NCBI GenBank assembly: GCA_950097015.1
Contig: CATNEN010000007.1
Coordinates: 2,232,001 to 2,296,000 of the forward strand
DNA length: 64,000 nucleotides
Reading direction: 5' to 3'
Source: Macrostomum hystrix
Taxonomy: Eukaryota; Animalia; Platyhelminthes
Part shown: piece after piece, positions 34,241 through 46,193 of the stretch
Layout of the letters: every line of letters begins with the position of its first letter
How positions within the stretch are numbered: the first letter of the stretch is position 1
The notes under the pieces: model-generated
The model's database searches: none
Seen by the model: only the letters and a program-made list of their open reading frames with translations
Told to the model about the DNA's origin: nothing
Program-made: the position numbers and the translations under genes

Positions 34241-37200
34241 ATGAGCAGCATCGATCTGAGCAGTGCAGACTCTGTGCTGGATTATCTCTCTAGAGAGCTG
34301 TGCAGGCCAGACAGTGGCCTGCTAGCTGCCAGCCAGTCACCATATGGACTGCGGATTCCTGGAACAGTTGGTGTGACTCACATCTGTGGCCTGCTAGGCC
34401 AGCCGAACCTGGCAACAGAAGCCAGATCCGTCCTGCTGAATTTCCTGGGCCTGCTGTCCGCTGGTGTCTACACTGCCCAGATGACTGCTTTGAGCCCATT
34501 GACGCCTCACCTGCTTGAGTTGGGCGACACCGCACTAGCCAGTGTTCTGTGGCAGGAGCTGCCAGCTGACATTCGGACCGAAGTATTTACCCGGTTGTTC
34601 ACCGATTTGCACTCACTGATGAAGCGCCAACGACTCACCGAGACATTCTATAAGACACTGCTGCAGCTGCTCATCAACCTGGTAGATCTGCAAGTTGACG
34701 GTGTGCGCGTGTTCGCCCGCTTCCTACTGCAGATGGAGAACTGGGTCTACAACTCAAGGGTGCCGCTTATGTTTGAAAGGCTGTCATTTCTGCCCGCATT
34801 TCTTAGCCTGTCACCGTTCGCATCTGAGTCTGTGAGTTTGTCGAATTCCTCATCTTCAGATCCCCATTAACTCTAGCCTACTAGTCTAATGTTCAACGTT
34901 CGATCCTTTCCACTCAGATCGAAGTGGCCGAAGAGCTCTTCCGCTCTGTGGATAATGTCAGTCAGGAGGACATGCTGATGAGCCACCGGGTCATCCACAT
35001 GGCCCTGGACGTTGCCCGCGATAGACAGTACCAGCTGCTTTACTCGCTGCTCCGCGAGCCCCAATGCCGCCCTGAGGTGCTGCGCCTGCTGTGGACCTGC
35101 TGCCGGCTGGGCTCCAGCCGCGGCCGGATGCACTTCGACGAGTCCTCCGCTCTCAGCGAAGGCTTCCTGCTCAACCTGCAGGCCGCGCTGTGCAAGCTGG
35201 CGTCCAGGATTCCGCTGGATAAGGTGGACCGCAGCTTTCTCCTGCGGCCAGACTGTCCATTCCCTATCCAGGTCAGCGGTAATGCACTCTTTGGCCGCTA
35301 ATGTTTTGCTGAATATTCTCCAATGGGCCTCTCTTTCACTCACCTGCTGCAGGATGACGATGCCCGGCTGATGGCAAACGCAGGAGAAGTGGCGGCCTGG
35401 CGGGCCGAGACCCAGCCGGAGACGAGCAGCTTCAACACCGAGGGCTTCTTCCTGGCAGCCTACGCGCACCACATTGGCTTGGTAGCCACTCTGCGCAAGC
35501 ACAAGCGCAGGCTGCGCAATCTGCGCGAAGCTGAACGAATCTTGGAGTCGGGAGAGCAGGCTCAGAATGCAGATAGAATCAGGGTGTTTCTTAATAGCCA
35601 ACGGCGCGCCAAGCTGTGCGATCAGGTGAGCTGACCTGATGAATTGCCAGTGGATCATATGGGAGGTCCCTGGTTCGAATCCGGGACGATGCCAGAGACG
35701 GTGGTTGATAGCCCAGTTTGGCCAGATATACAGTTAATTGGGGGGCCCATGTCCGCCAGAATTACTACCCAGAAAAATTATGGCTTCTGTTTACGGTTGG
35801 CTGAACTGAAGCGTTAGTGTCTTGCTCACATATTGCTTCCATCGGGCTAAGAATCGAACTCCCGACCTTTGCAAAGCCTTTGTAAGTCTTTCGCTCTAAC
35901 CACTGAAAAACAAGCTCTGCCCCAGGATTTTGGCAAAATATTGATTCGCTGCTTTTTGCTATAAAATTTAATCTCGTTTTAGGCCGCCATCTACCACGAG
36001 TCCCTGCTGCGAGATGCCATGTCCTACTATGACCAGCTGGCAGACTGGCTGCTCTCTATGCTGCAGTACGGCGAGCCGCAGCAATGCCGAGAGCTGCGCT
36101 GTGTGCCGGAGTTCTTCATTGAAGACATGTGCGAGCTGCTGGTGCTAGTGGTGGAGTTTCAGCCCGGCTACTTCAAGCAGACCCCCGTGCCGCGCTGCTT
36201 CCGCTTAGTCATCGCCACACTTTCGCATACCTACCCGCTGGTTAAGAATCCTCACCTGCTGTCCAAGCTAGTTGAGATCCTTTTTTACCTAGATCCCAGT
36301 GTGCAGCCGCGCATGGAGCCCCAGTTCCAGGACCTCATCATGCAGCAGTGGAGCCTGGACGGTCTGGTGACTCGCCTGCTGCAATTCTACGTGGAGGTTG
36401 AGAGCACAGGCTCAAGCAGCGAGTTCTATGATAAGTTCTCCATTCGCTATCACCTGGCAACCATATTTCACAGCCTGTGGGCGAACCATCTGCATCGAGA
36501 ACAATTCCGTTTGCAATCGCGCAACCCGGTGTTTGTTCGCTTTGTTAACGTGCTGATTAATGACGCCACATATCTGCTGGACGAGAGTCTGGGCTGCTTA
36601 AAGCGAATTCGAGAGATTCAGGACATTGCGGAGGCCGGCTTTCCTGGCTGCACAGCTGAACAGCAGGCTGATCTGAAACAGGAGTTGGCCAATAATGAGA
36701 GACAGGTTGGTTACTTTTCATTTAAGAAGAATGAGTTAGTAAGAATATTTTTTTTACTAAAAAAGTTATTAACAAAAGTAGCTTATGTTTTAACTAATGT
36801 TTAAGCTAGTCGCTAATTAGGGATGCAGGTTATTAAAATTTATGAACTAAAAGTTAGCACTTCACTAAGTTTTTAAATCGCTTTTCTAGCCAATGTAGAT
36901 TTTTTTAAGTGAGCTAGGCGTTAGTTCTTGCAGCCAATATAAATCGGGCGAAGAGGGGTAGGCGATCGCTATTGCAGTCAATAATAATCGATTGGAGTGA
37001 GGCGGGGAATCGTTAATGTAGCCAATGACAATCGATTTGAGATAAGCGGTGATCATTTTCCGCAATTTAGCCAATGAAAATCAAATGGAGTGAGGTGGGC
37101 GATCTTTAATGCAGCCAATGACAATCAAGTGGAGTGAGGTGGGCGATCTTTAATGCAGAAAATTACAATCAAGTGGAGTGAGGTGGGTGATCCATAATGC

Positions 37201-38458
37201 GGCCAATGACAATCAAACGGAGTGAGGCGGGCAATCGCTATTGCCGCTAACAATTCTTCTTGCCCCTGTTAATTACAATAAAACAGTTCGGGCAATGGTT
37301 TCACTTTCATAAAAAACGGTCGTAAATTTTGTTTTGCAAAGTTTTTTCTTGAATTTACAGGTGAAGTCATACCTGACTCTCTCGTTAAAAACTGTCGAGA
37401 TGTTCAACTACCTGACCCAGGAGCTGCCTCGCGCCTTCATGAACAGCGAGCTGGTGGAGCGTCTTGCCATCATGCTGAACTACAACTTGAAGCAGCTCTG
37501 CGGCAGCAAGTGCAACACGCTGAAGGTCCGCACGCCAGATAAATACGGCTGGGAGCCGCGTGCAATGCTTGGCAATTTTGTTACCATCTATTTGAACCTG
37601 GCCAGCCAGCCCGAGTTCCAGGAGGCCGTCGTCAACGATGAGCGCAGCTACTCCGAGTCTCTTCTGCCGCAGGCCATCGAGCGGATACGTCGGGCCGGCA
37701 TTCGTTCCGAGATGGACCTGCAGGTGCTGGAACGGCTGCGAGAGCGCACCGATGCTATCGCTAGCGCCCGACGAGAAGACGACAAAAGCTATGAGAATGC
37801 GCCGGATGAGTTCCTGGACGATATGCTGTACACATTGATGAAGAACCCAGTCAGACTGCCTACTGGACAGGTCAGTTGCACCCCTTTATATTTTGCCTGC
37901 GGACTTCAGGCAGACTTATATTTTATTGTCATCGTCCCAGGATCCTATGATGTTACATTCATTGTAATCGTCCGAGATCCTTCGATGTGACCTTCATTGT
38001 CATCGTCCTTGATCCTTCGATGTGACCTTCATTGTCATCATCCCAGATCCTACGATGTGACCGTTTTTGTCATCGTCCCAGATGCTTTAATGGTACATTC
38101 ATTGTAATCGTCCCAGATCCGTCAATATGACCTTCATTGTCATCATCCCTGATCCTATGATGTGACCTTCATTGTCATTTTCCCAGATTTTTCATTTTGA
38201 CCTTCATTGTCAGCATATCAAACAACTGAAGCTGAGGTTCGTCTCAGTGATGATTTTCTCACCCAACTTGAACTCTGCCAGGTGCTGGACAGGGACACAA
38301 TCAGTCGGCACCTGATGAACTCGGCCACGAATCCCTACACAAAGATGCCAATGACCGAGGCGGATTTGGAACCGCTGCCAGAGCTACGAGATCGCATTAT
38401 GGAATGGAAGGCTGCTCAGGATGCCAGGAAGCGCGGAGATGAACCGATGCAGCACTGA
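34241..38458 (+). CDS. UBE4B: Ubiquitin conjugation factor E4 B / Ufd2 U-box ligase (exons 34241-34831, 34918-35271, 35353-35625, 35983-36705, 37361-37870, 38282-38458; about 875 aa)
   Basis: Contains hallmark Ufd2-core sequences VPEFFIEDM, KNPHLLSKLVE, SSEFYDKFSIRYH, FVNVLINDATYLLDESL and MLNYNLKQLCGSKC, and the U-box APDEFLDDMLYTLMKNPVRLPTGQ|VLDRDTISRHLMNSATNPYTK. All introns are GT-AG, phase 0. An additional upstream exon cannot be excluded. Confidence 0.93.
35648..35780 (+). mobile_element. tRNA-derived SINE-like fragment in UBE4B intron 3
   Basis: Pol III B-box GGTTCGAATCC at 35672-35682 in a tRNA-3'-half context. No complete cloverleaf is visible. Confidence 0.45.
35844..35921 (-). mobile_element. 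tRNA-like SINE head or tRNA pseudogene
   Basis: Minus strand reads ...TCAGTGGTTAGAGC (A-box-like)...GGTCGGGAGTTCGATTCTTAGCCC (B-box/T-arm). The stems are degenerate. Confidence 0.5.
36930..37250. repeat. Degenerate ~44-bp tandem repeat (GCAGCCAATGACAATCAAGTGGAGTGAGGTGGGCGATCTTTAAT) in UBE4B intron 4
   Basis: About 7 visible units. Confidence 0.8.
37925..38210. repeat. Degenerate ~36-bp tandem repeat in UBE4B intron 5
   Basis: Recurring GTCATCGTCCCAGATCC...ATGTGACCTTCATT units. Confidence 0.8.
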
Positions 38459-38796
38459 GTCTCACAGAATCATGGGCCGATAACCACTGCTTGTTAAAAA
38501 GCACTAAGTTAAAAAATCTGGCTTATTATTGACAAGAGAAGTAGTATTGACATTTGCCTGAAAATGTTTTCTTTTGGTATTTATTTTGTTATTTGGCCTA
38601 TTGTTTATAGCCTTTCTCACTCTGCTGTTTTTGTTTGTAGCTTTGAGTTCTTTTGTACTTGTACCATTTGTTAGAATATTAATCAATGCAGAGCTCTGAT
38701 ATGTCAACTTTAAGTTTCTTACTTCAAACACTTTTTCTCCAGTGGCTCCATTTGAAAACTGTTTTTGGTGTCTCTTCAGCGTTTTAAGTACCCTGA

Positions 38797-39553
38797 TCAT
38801 TTTCCCACCTGCCCTAATCCTTCATTTTCCCACCTGCCCTAATCCTTCATTTTCCCACCTGCCCTAATCCTTCATTTTCCCACCTGCCCTAATCATTCAT
38901 TTTCCCACCTGCCCTAATCATTCATTTTCCCACCTGCCCTAATCCTTCATTTGCCCACCTGCCCTGATCCTTCATTTGCCCACCTGCCCTGATCCTTCAT
39001 TTGCCCACCTGCCCTAATCCTTCATTTTCCCACCTGCCCTAATCATTCATTTTCCCACCTGCCCTGATCCTTCATTTGCCCACCTGCCCTGATCCTTCAT
39101 TTGCCCACCTGCCCTGATCCTTCATTTGCCCACCTGCCCTAATCCTTCATTTGCCCACCTGCCCTAATCCTTCATTTTCCCACTTGCCCTAATCCTTCAT
39201 TTGCCCACCTGCCCTGATCCTTCATTTGCCCACCTGCCCTAATCCTTCACTTTCCCACCTGCCCTGACCCTTCATTTGCCCACCTGCCCTAATCCTTCAT
39301 TTGCCCACCTGCCCTAATCCTTCATTTGTCCACCTGCCCTGACCCTTCATTTGCCCACCTGCCCTAATCCTTCATTTGCCCACCTGCCCTAATCCTTCAT
39401 TTGCCCACCTGCCCTGATCCTTCATTTGCCCACCTGCCCTGATCATTCATTTGCCCACCTGCCCTGATCCTTCATTTGCCCACCTGCCCTGATCATTCAT
39501 TTGCCCACCTGCCCTAATCCTTCATTTGCCCACCTGCCCTGATCATTCATTTG
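38797..39553. repeat. 25-bp minisatellite (CCCACCTGCCCTAATCCTTCATTTG)n
   Basis: Directly visible tandem units. Confidence 0.95.
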
Positions 39554-40194
39554 CTACTCTGTTTTGCATAAAAGCTACTAAACGCTTCTGCGAACTAACC
39601 CTGTGTCAAAAAAGTTTCCAATCGCCTGGTTTAAGCTTGTTAGCAGTGCTTTTTCTATTTTAGTTGTCAAACTGTGGGTAATACTTGGTGCTGCCGCCTG
39701 TTTAGATGCTTGCTGAGTCCATAGCGTTACGTGCGTCTAACTTGGACGCACTTCGAGAAGTTTCAAAAGTTTTGTGCTGGTTTCTATTGTCTTACTTTAC
39801 GGCTCGTATGCTTTATTAAATCAGTTGAATTCATTTTAAGCAATATATTTATAAAAATAAAAATGAGGAAACGTGTTGCGGACCAACTTGCTTCTGTTGC
39901 TTCGGCTTCTGCTCACTGCGGTTAATCTATATTCAACAAGTTGCTTTCTGTATCAAAAGTGCGCAATGCGAATACTATCTCGGCTTCCGACTTGACCTTT
40001 TAGCGAAGCTACCCCAGCTTCTAATATTGAAATTGGGGCTTTAAAACGCATTATGATTGTAAGTAGCGATTTACTTTTAGCCTTGAAAAACTCCACTCTC
40101 ACTGTAGTGGCGTTACTGATCGAGTTTGGAATAGCCTTTCTTCAAAGTCACAAGCTTGTGCTTTATTTCTGTTCATTTCTGTCACTGAATATAG

Positions 40195-40637
40195 GAGTTG
40201 CATTTCTGCAGCATACTTCGATGGCTTCTGCTGCACACTTCCGTGTGCTCTGCTGCACTCTTCTGTGGCTTCTGCTGCACTCTTCTGTGGTTTCTGCTGC
40301 ACTCTTCTGTGGCTTCTGCTGCACACTTCTCTGGCTTCTGCTGCACTCTTCTGTGGTTTCTGCTGCACTCTTCTGTGGCTTCTGCTGCACTCTTCTGTGG
40401 CTTCTGCTGCACACTTCTGTGGCTTCTGCTGCACTCTTCTGTGGCTTCTGCTGCACACTTCTCTGGCTTCTGCTGCACTCTTCTGTGGCTTCTGCTGCAC
40501 TCTTCTGTGGCTTCTGCTGCACACTTCTCTGGCTTCTGCTGCACTCTTCTGTGGCTTCTGCTGCACACTTCTCTGGCTTCTGCTGCACTCTTCTGTGGCT
40601 TCTGCTGCACTCTTCTGTGGCTTCTGCTGCACACTTA
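40195..40637. repeat. 22-bp minisatellite (TTCTGCTGCACTCTTCTGTGGC)n
   Basis: Tandem units. They account for the 22-aa-periodic ORFs on both strands. Confidence 0.95.
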
Positions 40638-41469
40638 TCTGGGTACCACTTCAAATTCACCTGTTTGCACGATTCTATTCGCTCTGTGCTCACTCGATTC
40701 TGCCATGCTGGCCCCTAAGTCATATTTTTTGGTCAAGCATTTTAACTCCCTACCACGTATGGGAGTTAAAAATTAGAGTAAAAAATGCGACGGACAACAG
40801 GAATCAAATATAATAATTAAAATAATTATTTAAATGTTATAGTTCCTTCAGGGTGTACTTTGCTAGTGCTTCAGTGGTTTCCTTGTCGGCTTGTGCCATT
40901 ATGTAGTTATATTTTTCTTCTGTGCGTTGTTAGGGACGTGAAATTAGGAGTTTCCCTAAATTTTTTTTCAAAATTCGAGCATCCGGTACTGTACCTATTC
41001 CAACTGCACTTAAATAAGTGCAATTTCTAATTCCTCGTTTCCCACTTCAAATTTGCACTTTTACGTAATCTATTCTCATAAGGACTTTTTGGTCTGGCAG
41101 CTCGCATGTTTCGCAAGCTAGCTCATGGTTTCCTAGTCTGAACGAGGATAGAGTGCGTCTCTACTCCGGGTTACTATTTCTTGTACATATTTAAATTTAC
41201 TTTAAATTTTCCAATGCTTTCGCGCGCGGCCTAAAGGAGTCAAAAGCAAAACCACATTATTATGTATAGATTTGACTTGCCCATATGTTCCTACCTCTCG
41301 ATTTTAAAGTAGATATACCGATGTACGGAAGAATTAAAAATCTTCCATCAAAGCGTTTACAGTGCTTCTTAAACTTTAATCCTATAAAATGGCTGTTATT
41401 CGTTGTTAACGAAAGCTGTTATTCGTTCTAACTGTCGCTGTTTAAGAAGCGACCTAAGAAGTGGTTAGT

Positions 41470-44400
41470 GGCCTAAGTGGCCTAAGAAGCTCGGCAAGCT
41501 CACCTTCGCCAGCGAAGGCCAACGCCTTAAGACCGAGCGCTTCCGCGTTTGGATTCCGAATGGCAGTGCCAACAAATCTGGGGATCAGCTTAGGCAGATT
41601 CTGCTGAAGCTGCACCCCGACCTTGAGGCCAACGGGCTCCTTCACCATGCCTCCTCCCGCAAGGAGACGGGGTTCACGGTGATCCTGGGGCTCTCGGATG
41701 CGTGGAACCAAGCGCTTGCCGCCAAAGTCCATCATTCACCTTGGTCTAACTCATCCTCCGCTGCGAGGAGCGGAAAGCTGGCGAAGCCAAAAAAGCCAAA
41801 GCTCCTGAGTCCGGATCCGGGGCGCAAGCTCCTCCGGTGAAGAAGCAGCTAGGCAAACGGTGGATCCCCAAACGGTAAAGCAGCTCGCGCTGCCGAATCC
41901 GGACCTCGCGACCGCAGGCCTGCCAGGTCCACCCGGAGATCTGGGCTGGTCCAGCGAGCGCTGGAACAAGCCAGGACTCTCAGGGCGCACCTCGAGCGGG
42001 TCAACACATCTAACGCTCCACCGAAGCAGCCAGTGGGGCAGGAGCGACGAGGAGAGGGGCCGACTGACTGGTTTGAGGCTAGCACTCACCAGGCGGATCG
42101 CGCCATCCACGTTGACCTGACCGTCGAGGCGAGCCTGGGCAGTATCGGCGTCACGACGCAAAGGGACGGCGAGGGAGACACTCATGCTGGGCAAATGTCC
42201 GCTGAGGGCTCCTCAGCCACCCTGACCGCCGGGGGCGCCGAGATTCCCATGGAGCTATGCGAGCCTTCCATCTCCGAAAAGGAAGAGGAGGAATTGCTAC
42301 GCGACTCCCCGACTGCGCGGCTATGATCAGCAGTCCAGGTATTTGTTGCCTGCAGATTAGTCTGCAACACAGCGTCGCAGCTTCGGCTAACCTGATGCGT
42401 CAAGCCGAGCTCGACAAGCCGGGTCTCATCCTAGTCCAGGAGCCGTGGAACTCCAAAGGTAAGCCCCAAAACGCGCCCTCTGGGTACAACTGCTTCTGCG
42501 TTAGCCCCCGCGAGGCGAACCGGCCACCTAGAGCCTGTATCTTCGGGGCCAAAACCCTCGGTGCTTGGCTCAGATCCGACCTGTCTAACAGGGATATCTG
42601 CGTCATTCAATCTGAGGATCTGCTGCCTGGGAAAACCACCCTAGTTGCCTCGGTTTACCTACCAGGTGACGCAGCGGTCGTCCCCCGGACGCTCAGCACC
42701 CTGGTTGAACTCTGCTCTGCCAGGAACTACGAGCTCATGGTCGCCGGCGATATCAACGCCCACCATACCCACTGGGGCAGCACAGGGATAAACCAGAGAG
42801 GCGAAGACCTCCTGCCCTATGTTGCCTCTACGACCCTTGAGTTCTGTAACTCCGGGTCTACACCTACCTTCGACAAGGACGCTGGTCAGAGGTGATTGAT
42901 GCCACACTCGCTTCACCCAAGCTCTCTCAGAGTATTGGGGAGTGGCGCGTGCTCCCGGTGCCGTCCCTCTCTGACCATAATTTCATTCACTATCGTGTGG
43001 CGAGCGCTCGCAGCCTTAACCACATCACGTGGAGACGGAACGCCAGAAATACTGATTGGGAAGCCTTCAGGCATGCCCTGGAGGCAACCCATCGGTCTTC
43101 GGGCCAACCACCCACTATTTCGACGTTCCGAGAAGCGGACGAGTGCGCGACTGTTTTAACAGAAACGCTAACCGCCGCCTTCGAGGCAGCCTTCCTACAA
43201 AGGGAATACATCTGCGCCATGGTGGAATCCTGAGCCTGACTGGTCTGATCCTGCAGACCAGACCGCCTACCTTGAAGCCATCCATGAGTTCAAGAGGGAG
43301 AACAGGACTGCCAAAGCCCAGAAGTGGCGTCAATACTGCGAGGAGCTAGAGGGCTCACGCCCCACCTCCAGGATTGTCAAAGCACTTACGCTGGACAAAA
43401 TGTCCAAGCTCTCCTCGGTAAAGCGAACCGATGGCACGTCAACTGAAAACCCAGGGGAAACGCTTGAGTTCATGCTCTCTGCCTTCTTCCCCAACGAGCC
43501 AACCAACCCGACCACCTCAGACCACACTGAGGGAGGTCAGATGCTGGCTGCCTCTATCATCACGGAGGACCGCATCGTCAAAGCGGCCACCTCCTTTAAG
43601 CCTTTTAAGGCTCCAGGACCTGATGGCATCGTACCTGCTTTTCTTAGAGAGGCGGTTAAATGCCCAGGTTTCCTGCGCTCTCTTTGCAGCCTCTATCGAG
43701 CCTGCATCACGCTCGGGTACGTCCCGCAGGCATGGACCGAGGCGAAGGTGATTTTTATCCCGAAGCCAGGCCGCCCGGACTACCAGTCCATTAAATCCTT
43801 CAGACCAATCGGCCTAACCACCTTCCTGGTCAAGCTGATGGAGAGACTAGTGCTTTGGCGCCTAGTGAAGTGGAACTGAAGAACGCGCCGCTCAGCGACA
43901 ACCAGCATGCTTTTCGGGCGGGTCGCTCCACCGAAAGCGCGCTGCACGTTCTGGTCGACAAATTGGAAAAAGCTGTGCTTGGCACCGGCTTCGCCTTAAG
44001 TGTATTCCTGGAAATTGATGGTGCCTTTGACAACGTCCTCTTCGAGGCGTTCCGCAAAGCCCTTTGTGAGAGACACACTCACTCGTCCCTCACCAGATTG
44101 ACCATGTATATGATCAGTCATCGCACAGTCACTGCCAACCTGCTGGGCCACCAACGGACGGTCCCCGTCTGCAAAGGGAGCCCGCAGGTAGGGGTACTCT
44201 ATCCTATTCTCTGGAACATGGTCATTGACGAGCTCCTCCGAGACGCTCGTCCTGACCCAATCCTGAAGGTGGGTTATGCGGACGATGTCACTGCTGTGGC
44301 CCATCCCCTGATACTGTCAGGGACCTCCTTCAGAATTTCATCCACTCTGCTGAACAATGGGCGGGTCGCTTTGGTCTGAAGCTCTCCGAGACCAAGACTG

Positions 44401-45736
44401 CAGTGATCATGTTCACGAGCAGAAACAAGTGGCAGATACGGCCGCTTAGGCTTTACGGTAAGGAAATTTCCTTCTGTAAGCAAACCAAATGCCTAGGTAT
44501 CAACCTGGACCATAGGCTGAACTGGTCTCCCCATGTTCAAACCAAAACCAAGAGGGCCCTCGCGATCCTCGCGCAGCTGCGAAGGGCCGTTGGCACCACC
44601 TGGGGGCTCACCCCCAAGCGCCTCTGGTGGATCTATACTGCAATGATCAGGCCAGCTGTCTCGTACGGCAGCTTGATCTGGGCCAGCACCCTGCAGATGA
44701 CGACCTGCCAGGAGGCATTTAGGAAAACGCAAGGGCGCGCTTGTCGCATGACCATGAGTGCCCCACCGTCTGCTTCTACGACAACCTCAATGCCTTCCTC
44801 GACGCTCCCCAATTGGAAATTTTTGTTCGCAGGGAAGCCGCTAAAACAGCGCGTCGGCTCATTGACGCCGGCGTCCGCTTCACGCCGCAAAGGGCAATGG
44901 CAAAGCGCAAACTTCTGCCTCACACCGATCTGTGCCTTCGAAACTTGGAAGATAGCGGCGGACTCCACGTCTTATCTGACGGCGAACCACGCACTCTCAA
45001 TCTCACCCAACGCTAAAAAATCATCATCCCCTCGAGGGAAGACGCTAACGACCACTGGAACCACCAGGAGGTCCACTGCTATACGGACGGATCCCTTAAA
45101 GACGGCCTTGCCGGCTTTGGGTTCTGCATCCTGATCAACGGCCGCGTCGTCGCCACGCATGCCCAACATACTGGGAGACTTTCTACGGTCTTCCAGAATG
45201 AAATCCTTGCCATCAGCTCCTGTGCCGCAGAGCTGAATGCAAGGAATACGAGAGGAGAGACTATCGTCATCCACTCTGACAGCCAAGCGGCCTTACAAGC
45301 CCTTTGCCGCACCACCACGTGCTCCCGGACAGTCGCTGACTGTGCCCGGCAACTCAACCTCCTGGCCCGTAAAAACACGTTCAGACTGAGCTGGATCCCA
45401 GGGCATGCGGGCTTCCCAGGGAACGAGCTAGCGGATACCCTTGCCAAGCAAGGTGGCTCTGGCTCTCTCCTGGGCCCTGCTCCCCTGGTCCCGATCCCCA
45501 TCACGGTCATCAATCGCCTCATTGATGACCGCCTCATTGATGACCTCATTGAGGACATCAGTCCCTCCACAGGGACAGATGGGCAGGCACCCAGAACTAT
45601 CGGCAATCGCGTGCCGCATTTCCGCGCCCGTCTCGCAGGCTTAGGAACATCCTTTTGAACCAAAACCGGAAGGATATCCGCGCCCTCGCCATGACCCTCA
45701 CGGGCCACGGCTACCTCGCTAGACACTGTTTCCTAG
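41470..45736 (+). mobile_element. Decayed LOA/R1-group non-LTR retrotransposon (ORF1 remnant, APE endonuclease, RT, RNase H), truncated at both ends
   Basis: APE: LQISLQH...ILVQEPW...ASVYLP...GDINAHH...SDH. RT: SFRPIGLT, QHAFRAGRSTESA, DGAFD, YADD. GLTPKRLWWIYTAMIRP is LOA-like. RNase H: YTDGS...VFQNEILAI...HSDSQAAL...WIPGHAGFPGNELAD. Several frameshifts and stops are present. Confidence 0.88.
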
Positions 45737-46193
45737 CAGCTCGGCCAGATCAGCTCCGACTGGTGCTACAACCACCTGAATGCGGCCGGCGACAGCAACG
45801 GTTACTGCAGCTCCGAGCTGACCGGAGTAGAAAACGTCGCCTGGGCCTATCCGCGGGGTTCTTATTCCTATGAGGTCTGTGCCGCGCGGTGAGTCAATGA
45901 GCAGCTAACCGAGTATTGGAAAACTGGGGAAGGTCTGCTGCGATTTTACTTTCTGCGTCACTTCCTGCACAAGAGATGGCCTCGTCTAGTAACCTTGTTT
46001 GCTAAACATTTCTGTCCGCAGTGGCGTTAGTTGAGGCCTGCTGCACTGCAAAGACCCTGTACAGCCCGGACACGGCAGCCAAGTGAGCTTCGGCAGTGAA
46101 TGGTGCTATTCATCGCCGCGCATCGATCTGTCGTCGTCTGGCCTGCGAAGCCCCTCGATGGTGCCTGACGGAGCCGCTTGCGGCGCCAACTCG
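45737..46193 (+). pseudogene. Two-exon remnant of a third ADAM paralogue (cysteine-rich domain), exons 45737-45888 and 46022-46193
   Basis: QLGQISSDWCYNHLNAAGDSNGYC...YSYEVCAAR|GVS*GLLHC...WCYSSPRIDLSSSGLRSPSMVPDGAACGANS|GTGAG aligns with the corresponding exons of both minus-strand ADAMs, with the same intron positions. There is an in-frame TGA at 46032-46034, and the 5' exons are missing. Confidence 0.85.

Noticed and set aside
34873-35658. 261-aa antisense ORF
   Set aside because: It is a shadow of GC-rich UBE4B exons and has no recognisable motif.
3397-40637. Tandem arrays as CRISPR loci
   Set aside because: The units are head-to-tail with no unique spacers, there are no cas genes, and the context is eukaryotic.
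46032-46034. In-frame TGA at a conserved Cys position as selenocysteine
   Set aside because: A one-base change from TGC/TGT in a fragment lacking its 5' exons is best explained as a nonsense mutation, and no SECIS was recognised. A SECISearch hit plus full-length transcripts would reopen it.
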